From Macrostomum hystrix (taxonomy: Eukaryota; Animalia; Platyhelminthes), in assembly GCA_950097015.1 (NCBI GenBank), contig CATNEN010000003.1:13392001-13456000 (forward strand): 64,000 nucleotides of DNA, given 5' to 3'. The translations under genes and the position numbers were made by a program. Shown here piece by piece: positions 1 to 12,500 of this stretch. The notes beneath the pieces were generated by a model. It saw nothing but the letters and a program-made list of their open reading frames with translations, ran no database searches and had not been told where the DNA came from. The first letter of the stretch is position 1; each line of letters starts with the position of its first letter.

Positions 1-469
1 AGCTTAAGTAAAATTGTTATATCCAATTTCCCCGGACCAGATTTAGCTTTTCACTGGGAGCACGCTATAATTGCTTCCCGTGCAAATGTCCTCATTCTGT
101 CGGTTTAACTTTTGAATCAAGTCCAATAAATAACGAGAGGCAATTCAATTCCTATTCTTATACCTAGAGTCGGCGAGTCTAAAGTAGATTAGATTGCTCA
201 CCAATCAGATCCTTTCCGAGTCTTCTGTTCAATCAGTGTTATTCTTTTTTTCATTGGGAGTTTCGCCGGGCCGGAGGACGACATGCGGGTTTCCATCGCT
301 TCTCTCTCCCGCTTCGCTCGCTACCCGAATCCTTAACGCTATTTATTTTCAGATTTCCCCTGCTGCTATTGAAACGATTGGTAGGACACCGACCCCGGTG
401 CATAGTGAATAGTCGCTAGCTTTAAAATCCGCACGCTCCAGCTATATATAGGACATTCAATTTATTACA

Positions 470-521
470 CCGCGGGCCACACAAAAAGGGCTCGCGGGCC
501 GCAGGTTGTTGGGGACCCATG
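470..521 (-). mobile_element. hAT (Charlie-like) DNA transposon/MITE terminal fragment
   Basis: Minus strand reads CATGGGTCCCCAACAACCTGCGGCCCGCGAG...TGGCCCGCGG, resembling hAT-Charlie ends (CAGGGGTCCCCAA followed by GGCCCGCGG subterminal motifs). No partner end was found. Confidence 0.45.
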
Positions 522-2045
522 CATTACATGAACACTTTTAAGTGCCTTCTTTTAAACTCGTCTCGATTTTTTTTCTTATTTGAGCCTTGCGGCCTTGCGA
601 TTTGAGGTGAGGGCTATGTAATATTTTACTGGAATCGCCTAAAACGAAGTTCTAACTTCGGTCGTACATTTTCTTCTTCATCAAAACTTTCTTCACCCGA
701 GCAAAAAACCTGTGCAGATGCGACTGTGAGGAAGAGTCGACAATTTAGATGATACCCAGCTGCACATGCACATGACGATCGACATCCTCATTCGACAGCA
801 GGACTACTGCAAAGGTAAATCAACAGCTGCACAAGGAACGGGTTGGAAAATTACCAGCATAAAACTCAAAGCAAACAGAAGCTATTAAAACCCGTATTGT
901 TTACCGAAAAAAGAAGATACACTTCCAAGTCAGAGTCTCCAGATATGTTTCTCAAAAAATGTTCTTAAAGATTCCATACTCTGGGTGTTTTCTTCGAGTG
1001 CTCTCAAGATCTGCCATCATTTGAAATGTGACACAGAGCCTAAAAAATTATTTCTAGACGTCTTTATAGTGAAGTCTTAAAAGCTACGAACCAAAAGTTT
1101 TAGTAACCAATTTAAAACATTAAACTCTGCACTATAAATGTTTGAAGTCTTGAACTCTGCACCTGATTGAAAAAAATATACTTGTTTGCTGCCGAATTTT
1201 GGAAATGCTCGACATTTTCTTCTACCTATAAAATGTCCAGTCGGTTGAAAGATCGGCTGCAAAATATTTTGCTACAAATTAGAGAATTAATTGCTAGGAA
1301 TTAGGTCGGCAAATATTCCGACGTCGATGGAAATTGGAACTTTCAAATTATCTATAGACATTTGCATGTGTTTCCTCAGTCGACGTTCGTAATTAACAGT
1401 TTGTTCTTTAGCTTTAGGCAGACATTCTTTTAAATAAATAGTGTGTACTTTATTGATCGCCCTGGAATAAGGTTCTGAAGTGATAGTCATGGGATTAAAT
1501 CCTTGGATTTAGCAGTAATAAAATTGGCGTCTCAAGGACCTCTTCGTATACTAGATGAAGTAGAAATTCACAACAGGCTAGGGACAACTCATTTTTTGAG
1601 AGAATTTCACTTTTTCTCAACAGTAGTACATGATATTTGTTGTACTAAGGACCCATAAGGAAGCAGTGCAGGTACATACAAGACATGCTGAAAAAGGAAC
1701 GTACGACCCGCTCTGTTATTGAACATTTTTTCCCGCATATTTAGGCGATCATTCTCAGCTTCCTAAATTGTTAGACAAAAGCGTTGTATTTCCAACTGTA
1801 TGGATTAAAAAGTATAAATGCCGTCAGGTGGGCCAATGACAGTCTTGCTTGCCCGTTCATCACTAGTCAGGTATTCCTGCATGTGCCCAATCGACGCGCA
1901 GCGTTTACGAAAATAAATTATTAAGCGTGTGCAAATCAGCTTGCTTCTGCAATTCCATTCCAATTGTCCCAGCTATAGCTTCTGGCTTTGAGAAAAGCTT
2001 CAAAAGCAGTTTAGAGAGCCAGTTTGAGAATTCCTTGTATCCGAC

Positions 2046-2791
2046 ATGACTCAGTCTGGCTGCCTATTAGTGCAGCGATGCCTGTTGCAGTTGCTCTTGG
2101 CTCGCTCAGTACTTGGCAGGTTTGCCAGCGCTGTCTACGTGGGCTGCTACTCTGACGGGATGTCACCTCGGGATCTAGACGGCCTGTTCAACGTCAAGAA
2201 TGTCGGAGGTTATCCAGTCCAAGCGAACTACGGCTACGCTTCAAGCAGCACGGGAATGACGGTGCAGCTGTGTACCAGCATCTGCTCCTTGGGCGGCTTC
2301 TCCTACTTGGGCTTGCAGTCGGCCATTGGCTGCTACTGCGGCAGCAGCTATGGCCGTTACGGCGCTCAGCTAGACTCAAGCTGCAGCTCGCCATGCTCAG
2401 GAAATCTATCGCAAATGTGTGGCGGCACTGGAAAGAACTCCGTGTACAAGATAATGTACTCAGGTAGGAGTCCATATTCTGTTACATTAATGATGCTCTA
2501 CAGCATAAGTGGCTCTGAAAGCCAATACCTTGCCGAAACATTATTTAAGATGGATGCAGTGGCAGATTTCGCCAGGCACCGAGGGCTAACCTGAGCGTAT
2601 TCGCCAGTTACTCCTTGCCGACACATTGGAGCGTCCGATCCAGCGACACACTCGACTGCGCACTGAAGTGCAAGACCAACTGTCAGGCATTCATCTATTC
2701 CCAGAAGCAGGGCCTCTGCCGACTGCTCACGTTCGCCCTAGTGCCGGAGGAAATAAGCTCAGTTGATGGCGAATTCTACTGCCGAATCTAA
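2046..2791 (+). CDS. Secreted WSC-domain + PAN/Apple-domain protein (2 exons: 2046-2463, 2550-2791)
   Basis: Hydrophobic N-terminus. WSC motif YVGCYSD...MTVQLCTSICS...YLGLQ...CYCG...CSSPCSGN...CGG...SVY. A phase-1 GT-AG intron (2464-2549) joins to an exon reading DGCSGRF...LDCALKCKTNCQAFIYSQKQGLCRLL...FYCRI*, which fits the PAN/Apple cysteine pattern. Confidence 0.85.
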
Positions 2792-3221
2792 GCAGCAAAC
2801 TGAAGCACGTTATTCATGCAGGAAGAACAATTGGCCTATTCGCTTCTAAATAGAATTTTTTAAGCAAAAAAAATTTTCCGCTCTCGTTAAATCTATATTT
2901 CATAAAATTAAAACCAATTTTACGAATAACTTTATCAAAATAGATTTGCAACCAGATTTTTTCCCGTTAGAAAACAATGCGCTAGTGTATTTATCTCCGT
3001 AAAACTTGTTATAAAATTTCCTGCTAAAATCATACTAAAATAGAAAATATGGTTAGGGTTTTAAAGACTACAAAGACAATTGAAGAAGTCTTGTTTTCAG
3101 AAAAAAATAACTAAATTGTCTGCTATTTTTAACGATCTTATCAACTTCGCATGCTATGTTTTCGAAAAATTCCTAATTTTATACAAAAATGTTGCAGCAT
3201 TAACACTATACTCTTCCATCC

Positions 3222-3400
3222 AGGGAATTTGTGTAGCACGTTGGTTAAAACTACGGATTTCTGACGGTGAGGTCTGGAGATCAAATCTGAGCCCAATGGG
3301 TAAGAAATTGATGTCCCTGAGCAAGACCATCAATTCCTTAGCGCTTCTCCTTCAGCCTCTCCAGCTGAAAAAATGGGTACCAGAATAGGCAGGTGTCGAT
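3222..3400 (+). mobile_element. tRNA-derived CORE-like SINE (family B), degenerate
   Basis: tRNA-like head (tgtagcacgttggttaa...ggagatcaaatct), then gtccctgagcaagac...cagctgaaaaaatgggtacc, similar to the MIR/CORE domain. Confidence 0.55.
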
Positions 3401-3577
3401 GAACTGAAAATCCTTGCTAGGAATCGTTACAATTCTCAGCTGTGGGCAGTGGCACATATGATGACAATGGATTCTGTTCCGCTGACTCCTGGGCACACGC
3501 GCACACAGTTACGGCAAACATGTAGAAAAGGCGTATTCGCAGCACTGAATCACAAAGTCAGGACAGCGGCAACAATG

Positions 3578-6500
3578 TCACACCGGCGGCTGCCTGACCT
3601 GCACTCGCCGAACCAGCTGCGATCGCCTCGGCGGGTAGGGCCTCTCCGAAGTGGAATATCGGCCAGGGCAGTGCCACCAGGCCGCCTTGTGTCCGCTAGC
3701 TGAGGCTGTCGACACCGACTCGGCCGGAGGCAGCGCTGTCAGCAGCAGGTTAAGCCGCTTAGCCGCGCCCTCAACTCGAAGTACTCGGCTCAGATCGGCG
3801 ACTGGAGTGGCCACTCGACAGCCGGGCAGTTGGCGATGATCAGCTCCGGCGCGCCCAAGTCCGGGAATCGAGTCTCCGGCTGTCAAAAAGTTTCGGAGCG
3901 TATTTGTTAAAACTTTTTTAAAGTGTTGCTGAAGGACATAAACGGCTTCCATTGGGCTGAGGTTCGAGCTAAAACCCAAGAAAATTTAAATAATTTTATT
4001 CAGCAAAGTTTTTTTGTGCAACTGTTGGCAACCACTCACTTTTAATGATGTACAGTGCCCTGTAGTACTTTCGTTCTGCACTGGATCCAGTTGTCACATC
4101 ACGATCAACCGTGCCACCAAGCTGCTGACGTTGCTGCGCTACTTGTCTACCTAGCAACGCACTAGCTGGCCTATCTTCCAGATCCAGAGAGCTCACACTT
4201 TTCACTACCAACTGCATTGGCGTCGGAAGAGATCTGGCAGATTGCTGACGTTTTGGCATCCTCCTTGAGGAGCTGGGTGGTGTTGGCAGAGTCGACTCAA
4301 TGCCATTTTTTATTCGACGACAACTGGCCAGAACCTGGGCGATGGGACGTGTGTTAGTCGGAGTGCCAGATGACCAGCAGGTGCGGCAGAAGCGTAAAAG
4401 ATTGCGGATGAGTAGCGACTCAGCGCTATCGCCATTGTCTGCAAAAAAAGAAGGACAAGCCTCTCATAAAATTTTTAAATCAGTCAAGTCGCGTGTGTGA
4501 TATTTAGCAAGATCTCTGGCATAAACTCACTGCCACCCTGGCTGACAATGTCCAGAGCCCGCATCAGCACATCCTCAGTCTCCGATCGCGTTAGACCGTC
4601 GCCAGTCTGCAGCAGGGCGGTACCCAAAGATGTCAGCGGCTCAGCTACCAGTCGGTGACGCGAGCCGAGGCAGCGTTCCCGAATGAATGCGCAGCAGCGA
4701 AAGCAGGCCTCAGCTCGGAACTGGTTGTATCTGATCAGTCAGGATATGGACTTTTAAATTTGCCAACATTCGCAGATGTGATAATTACACAATCAACAGA
4801 CTGCCCTGACTTTTTCCTCGCAGTCAGTGCCATAGGCCTTTAAGGATGTAAATTTCACAAGCCCCTGTGCATCATTTCTAAAAAATTAATAATGAAAAGT
4901 GTATCTTTTTAGCTAGTGTGTCACGTGGTGCATTCTACCTGTGAGCTGAATTAGACTAATAAGGAGAATTTCAATTAGAAAGCAGTAACAATAGAACCAA
5001 TCGCTCAAGGCTGCAAAATAGAGAAAAACGTGAAGAGGGCCTTTGTGGCAGCATAATAATATTTATAATATATAATTGCAGGAGGGCTGCGGGCAATGGC
5101 ACATCATTTGGTGACACTAGACCCGCAGCCAGCGAGGAGGCAATTCTGCCCATTTCGCTGACTCCTGAGCACACACGCACACAGATACTGTACGCAGGCA
5201 CACGCTCACACAGGTGTGTACATCTGGCCTGACTTTCTCATCGCCAGGCTGATGGGATTGATGAGGAAGTTAAATTAGAAAGCAGGAACAATGGAAACCC
5301 AACTGAGCGAAGGTTGCGAAATGGAGAAAAACATGAAGAGGGCGCTGTGTTAATGCCTGCAGAAACCTGTGTTTTAGGAATAATAATGGCATACATTATT
5401 CGTGGCTTCGTGTATGCTCCCTCTGAACTGATGTGATTGATCAATATAGTTAAATTAGAACAGGAACAATGGAACTGCATCACGCTAGGCTGAAAAATTA
5501 GGATAAAAAAATTGAAGAAAGCCCAGGGTACAGAGAAAAATATGCTGTTTTTTGGAACAAGGAATCGCGATTGAGAAGCATAGATTTGTAAACTACAGCT
5601 GCATCCTTCTCGCAGTTTCCTTTGTTAAACATTTAAGCCTTACACGTTGGGATATGTTGGATCAGCGAGCACCTGGCCCAGCTCTAGCAGGGTGTCAGCC
5701 ACCAGCAGGTGATTGAGACCGTACCAACGATGGTAGAGCTTGTAAGCTTTGTCTAGCAATCGAGCAGCTTGATCATAGTTGCCTGTAGCTTTGCTGCAAA
5801 GAAGTGCAGAGTGCAGTGGTTTGCGTGTTTTTTTCAGTCAAACAAGTTCGGGATGGACGGCCTGTCGGGCCCTCTTTCCTTCTCTCTTTTCGCTCAACCA
5901 TGCGGGTTTTTCTCCACCCCTCCTGCTGGGCCAATCAGCTCTAACGCAGCTTTACCCTCCTCCCTCCCCGGTGTTACCCCCGCCTTGAGTCAGTCCTACC
6001 CCGTCTCGCGCGCGGATTGGCTGTTGAGTTTTGCTCTCTCCCTCTCTCTTCCCACGCACTCTGTAACATTTTTTATTAACATAACTTTATTTGCTGTAAA
6101 CAAACAAAACGTCACGAAAGACAATCTGCAATTTATACAACCGCACCTGGCTCTGTCCCACGTGTCCCAAAACCACTCAACCCCAGCTACTTACACAATT
6201 TAAAAGCAAAATACCCCATCAAAATAGTTCAATCCTAATTCACACCTGAGCTGACCAAATTTGTGCGCGCCGGCTGCTCTCAGAGTTACACTGCCGCTGC
6301 TTCGTCGACAGAATCGCACTCGTTCGAAGTAGCGTCTAGCCTCGTCCACTCGACCACGTCGGAAGGCCAGCTCACCGAAGCGCACCAACAGTCTGCCATA
6401 GTTTGTTGCCACGCGCTCTGTTAGACTGCCCGGTCCGCCAATTTTGGCCTGCAGCTCCTGGCTCGAGTTCTCTCTATTTCTGTCTTTCGCGCCGACGGTT

Positions 6501-9500
6501 TCCGCTTCCAGCTCCGAGTCCTGGGTCTGTTCCGAGTCGCATAGCGCTAATGCTAGTCGCAGGTTCTCTTCAGCTCTGGCGTAGTACTCCCAACTGGCCT
6601 GCTCGTCACCCATGGCTGCGTGGAGTCGCCCGATGCGGATAAGCAGCTGGGACACTTGTTCGAGACCGGCTGCTGACGAGGACATTACCTAGTAATTGAC
6701 ATGGACCAAGTCTTATGCACTGAGTCAGAGTGGAAGACCGATCTGTCATGTTGTCTCTTGACCGAGGTCCCTAAGCTCGATTCCGCGGCGAGGCCACATT
6801 CATTTGGGGCGCAGAGGTAGAGAGAAGGCTTGAAGGCTTGTAGTGCAATTTACACCATTGAGGGCTAACCTCCAAGACGCAGTGAAAGTGTACACTACCT
6901 GACGATGAGAAAGTCAGGGCAGATGTACACACCTGTGTGAGCGTGCGCCTGCGTACAGTATCTGTGTGCGTGTGGGCTCAGGAGTCAGCGAAATGGGCAG
7001 AATGGCCTCCTCGCTGGCTGCGGGTCTAGTGTCATTAAAGAATGTTTCATAGTCCGCAGCCCTCATGCAAATTTAATTATTTTTAAGTGCCCTGCAATAC
7101 TTCGTGTGTGCAATCGGTTTACCGTTGTTTACCGATCGATTTTTGGGTGGGTGTAACAGCCCCAGTCCATGGACTGAACATGTGTACAGCCGCACGAGGC
7201 ACACTATTATCTAACTTGATTGAATAAATATTTCACGTGACTCACCGACTGTTGCAGTGCAAGACAAGCCTTTAAAATGGCCACTGCGTGCTCATTCTTT
7301 TTGAGCATAGTGAGCAGCTTGGCCAGTCGCATTCCAAACAAAATTGACGACTCCGTGCCGGCCTCGTCGATGCTCTGGGTTGACTTGTCCGACATCACGC
7401 TTCTTAGGTCGTCCATGATGTTGATATCAGATTCGGATAGGCCCTGCGAATATTACAGCGGGTTTCCATCTTGAAAACAACTTCAAAATGGAACTTTTCA
7501 GTTTCAGCCGAAAGATTTGTAATCAAAATTATAAAACTATTAGCATATTGTGCGATTGCATTCACAGAGTGCATGTTACAGAGGGTTAGCTTTTAGAAAA
7601 ATAAAAATGTTAGCGGTTGTGCATTATAAAAACGTATAGAATTACATTGTGAAACTGAAGAGTTGTTAAAAATTGACATAATTGCTGCATTAAATTGGTT
7701 TCAGGATGGGAAACTTTACCAGCCGATCACTGCGTGAGGAGCTGCCAGCCTCTGACTCTGTGGCACTCTTCACCATGATCATCGGAATGTCCGAGTCGGC
7801 CTGATCCTCTCTTATCGTGCTGCGATTCTAAATTTCAATAATTAGTTCAGAAACATTTATTAGTAGGAAAAATAAGTAGCGTACAACAACACAAAACAAT
7901 ATTCTAATGAAAAAAATCGAGCTAGAAGGGCATTGTTCTCAGGAAATCTTATCGCTAGCTGGGGAATTATTTATAACTTTCGTTATCAAGCCGGGGTGAC
8001 AACGGTGGGAAGTTTTACTGCTGCAGCTATTCATTTAGATTATTATAAACTGCAATTCTAGAGATAAAAATTAATTTTGTCTCGACTCCGAGAGCCTGCG
8101 GTGCTTTGTACCCCGAGTTTTTCAGATTCTAGTATGCAAAATAGTCAGTTTAGTAGCGACATAAGCACCTATCCGATTGTATCGAATGATAGCTGCCTAG
8201 CTGAGGACAGTTCCTCAGCCTGTCACCTGTGCCACGATGTACAAGAGACTTGGCGCCTGTATCAGTTTCAACTTTATCAGTTAACGGCGGGACTGAGTCT
8301 ATTGACAAACTTGATCACTATTCTAGTGATGCTACGTCGTGGTATTTCCTACGCTTGTCATTTACACACTGTTGTCATGGCGATCGCTGACGCAGCTCAC
8401 AGCCTGTGTGCAGCCATCATCACGAGGATAATTATGTCTGGCGGTGTTAGCAGCGACTTGCTGGGCGCATGCTGGTGCAAGCTGCTCTACTACGCGTACT
8501 TCCTGTCAAAGGCAATGTCCAACTGGACTATCCTGGTTCTCAGTGTTGGTCTCTGGCTTTCATTATCGCAACCGTTTCGAGCGACTCGAATGCAAAAGGT
8601 GGAATTTTTCTGTCTTCTTTATTGTACCAAATCAGGGGGTGAGTGGCCGAGCGGTCTGACGCGTTTGCCCCTCGCACCAAGGTCCCTAAGCTCGATTCCT
8701 CGGCGAGGCCACATTAATTTGGGGCGCAGCCGCGGAGAGAAGGCTTGGGGGCTTGTCGTGCAATTTACGCCATTGAGGGTCAACCTCCAACGCACAGTGA
8801 AAGTGTACACTGCCTGACGATGAGAAGTCAGGGCAGATGTACACACCTGTGTGAGCGTATGCCTGCGTACAGTATCTGTGTGAGTGTGTGCTCAGGAGTC
8901 AGCAAAATGGGCAGGTCTGCTGTTACCAAATCTGGCCATTTTGTCACTAATTTATAAAACTGTTCACTGCACATAAAACAATCCAGGTCAAAGTCGGTAC
9001 CATGGTAACCTTCGGTCAGCTTGCCCTGCTACTTGGTGCACTATCACCCAGGCTCGTCTATGTGGACGCGCCAACAGCAGCGACAGATCGAACCAATTTC
9101 CTGTGCACCGTGCATCGTACCAGCCCAGGCTTCCGCTGCTTCGCCCTACTGGAGACTTTCGTCATCGCCCTGGTGCTGCCAATCGGAGCAAACCTGGTCG
9201 TCTGTTTGGCCAACGTTTGCCGTCTGAAGCGTCTCAGCAACGGATTCGGTAATCGGAGCATTCGGAGGGCCGTACTGGCTACTGGAACTACTCACGCTGC
9301 CCTTCACACACCCTACGCTGGTGTTTTAGCCGCAATGCAGCTTGGCTTGCTGGACAAATCATCCGGTTCTTACTATCTGGCCATCTGCCTGTACTATGCG
9401 GCCACCGCCTGGTACAGCTTAAGCTGCGTCACTAACTTTCTAGCCTATGTCACATTCTACCAAGGCTTTAGGCGTACACTGTTTTGCGGAAGGCTGAATT

Positions 9501-12500
9501 TGAAAAAATGATAGTTTTTTGTTTTAACCACGGTAAAAGTTGAATGATTTCATACTTGAACCAAGGGGTTTTACTACATGTGAATTACAGGCGGAGTCTT
9601 GATTCGTAAAAAAAATATTTTAAATGCTATGTTTTCAGTGAAATTTTAATTGCCACTTTTTAATACAATGCTGTGTTAGAATATGAGATGAAAGGGGTTA
9701 GAAAATTTCTAAACTGTTTTAAAATTCATTCAAAATAATGAATTTAGTGTTTTTAAATTCATCCCATGTCTTGTCTCCTGTTTTTCAGCGTCATGTAACA
9801 ATGTACATGATCGATAGTGGGCTAAAGAAGTAGAAGTCACAGTTGAAAAATCCCACTAGAAAAAAAGGTAAAACAAATGAGAACTTTTAATAAAACAATT
9901 GCTAAATTAAAATATCACAGGGAAAAGCAATAAAATTTCTGCAGTTTCAACCGCTCGCAATGTACGGTTTTTTTCTAAAAAACTGACATTGCTATGCATC
10001 TACAGAGTGCATTTTCGCGGGAATTGTAACTGCTATATTCTTTTCCGAATTGAGTGCATAGCCAAAATGACAATATGAATGTTAATCTGTCTCTAAATAT
10101 ACCAATAGAGAATTTAGTCGACTAAGTAAATTTAAGTACAAGAAGAGAACCACGATCGATTTTGATTGGTATCGGTGCGGTGAAATAGGGACGAAGGCTC
10201 ACCAAATCATTTATTTCAGTTTTTTAATTCGAAGAAAATCTTTTCTCACCCGCTCCAAGCTATCAGCCTTGCTATTCACCGCCCCAGCAACGGTTGCCGT
10301 GAAGATCAAGCAGTCTCCATCGTTGCTATCACTGTCTTGGGCAGTAGTCTGATCGGCGTTGGCAGCGTCCGGCGCATCTTCCGACGCAGCCGGCAGGTCC
10401 TCGTAGCCGCGCAAGGTGCAAGCAAGCTTGCCGCGCACATGGGGTGCGAAATAGCTCAACGGATCGAGGCCGGACGCTTCCACAGACTGCCACAGGTCGA
10501 GCAGCTCAGCTTCGGGTAGAACTCGCTCAGAATCGCGCGATCCGAATACGTCTAAGAACACGCTGAAAGTGAAGATAATTTATAGATAATAATTACTAGC
10601 CAATAGTTCCTCTTTAGGGAGAAGAAAATCAGGCTTTAAAGATTTGAAAAAAGCAATTAAAATAATCCAACCTCAATACTATGCGCATCTTATGCTATGT
10701 TCATGATATCTTTGTTATCGCCAAGATTAATCATGCTACATCTTCAATAACTGATGCTACACCCTCGACAATGTATGCTACACCCTCGATAATGTATGCT
10801 ACACCCTCGATAATGTATGCTACACCCTCGATGATGTATGCTACACCCTCGATAATGTATGCTACACCCTCGATAATGTATGCTACACCCTCGATGATGT
10901 ATGCTACACCCTCGATAATGTATGCTACACCCTCGATAATGTATGCTACACCCTCGATAATGTATGCTACACCCTCGATAATGTATGCTACACCCTCGAT
11001 GATGTATGCTACACCCTCGATAATGTATGCTACACCCTCGATAATGTATGCTACACCCTCGATGATGTATGCTACACCCTCGATAATGTATGCTACACCC
11101 TCGATAATGTATGCTACACCCTCGATAATGTATGCTACACCCTCGATAATGTATGCTACACCCTCGATGATGTATGCTACACCCTCGATAATGTATGCTA
11201 CACCCTCGATAATGTATGCTACACCCTCGATGATGTATGCTACACCCTCGATAATGTATGCTACACCCTCGATGATGTATGCTACACCCTCGATAATGTA
11301 TGCTACACCCTCGATAATGTATGCTACACCCTCGATGATGTATGCTACACCCTCGATAATGTATGCTACACCCTCGATAATGTATGCTACACCCTCGATG
11401 ATGTATGCTACACCCTCGATAATGTATGCTACACCCTCGATAATGTATGCTACACCCTCGATGATGTATGCTACACCCTCGATAATGTATGCTACACCCT
11501 CGATAATGTATGCTACACCCTCGATAATTCATGCCACCCCTCGATAAATCATGCCACCCCTCGATAAATCATGCCACCCCTCGATAATTCATGCCACCCC
11601 TCGATAGATCATGCCACCCGTCGATTATTCATGCCACCCCTCGATAAATCATGCCACCCGTCGATTATTCATGCCACCCCTCGATAATTCATGCTTCCCT
11701 CCATAGTTTATGCTGCCCCTCGACAAGTAATTCTCCCCTTTTTCATAAATATGTTTAATTCTACTGGCCTAATGTGCAATGAAATACCACTGGGATTAGA
11801 AGGACGGACAACTACTCGAAAATTTCGTGGAAAGTGTTCAGGATTCGGGTTTTTGCCGAAAAATATAACCTATTTTTTTATTTTTAGCAAAAATGTTCAG
11901 ACTGTGTTTGATAATTCCGTTTTCTTATTTATAGCTTTATTTGTGTTATGTTCATTCTCTTTTTCTCTACACGCTCTCCATTGTACCTAAAAAGTAAAAA
12001 AATCCCCATTCTAAATTTCTAATTTTCCTATCCCGGTAGTGTCTTTTTCGTAAAAAATCGCTTCCAAAACCTTTTCTAAGAAAGGCCCTGTGTACAATGT
12101 ATTGAATCCGTCACCAAATGCCTAATGTGTGTAATCTATACGAGAGACTAAATAGTAAAATTGACCAATCAAAAGGCAGGAGGAGGTTGTCGATTGAAGA
12201 ACATCACCAAAGAGGACACACCTTGGATCGCTGATGATCTTCATAACCTGATCGAATCTAGAGGCTCGGTCGAAATGATAGATCGCTTCAGCGTGATCGG
12301 CCTCCTCTAGAAAGTGATGGCCCAGTAGTGAATGGAATTTGTAACGCATTCCTGAGGCAGTTGGCACCCTGCTGGGCTGGCATCGAGTCTCTACCGCGGC
12401 CGGCGCCACACAGCTGAAGAAGATATGCTCAACAATCTCGGCAAAGTGCAAATGAATGAACTTGTAGCGGCCATCAACTAGTTGGAGAATACCGGCAGCC

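Noticed and set aside
4380-4440. Frameshift in the penultimate TTC41 exon
   Set aside because: On recounting, the frame is continuous (LIRNLLRFCRTCW...MPKRQQS).
6895-6925. Hammerhead ribozyme in SINE-A (CTGACGA...GAAA...GTC in type I order)
   Set aside because: Only 3 nt separate CTGACGA and GAAA (no stem II) and there is no stem III; the bases instead pair as a simple hairpin.
8624-8931. taccaaatc as a target-site duplication of the SINE in the GPCR intron
   Set aside because: The right-hand copy matches the SINE's own internal gtcaccaaat segment, so it is ambiguous.
10681-11547. Long ORFs across minisatellites (also 23860-24925, 30310-30927, 33560-35605, 46915-47970, 50944-51702, 52543-53481, 54137-55016, 59788-60598)
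   Set aside because: These are stop-free frames produced by repeat periodicity; they lie in introns or intergenic arrays with no non-repetitive coding context.
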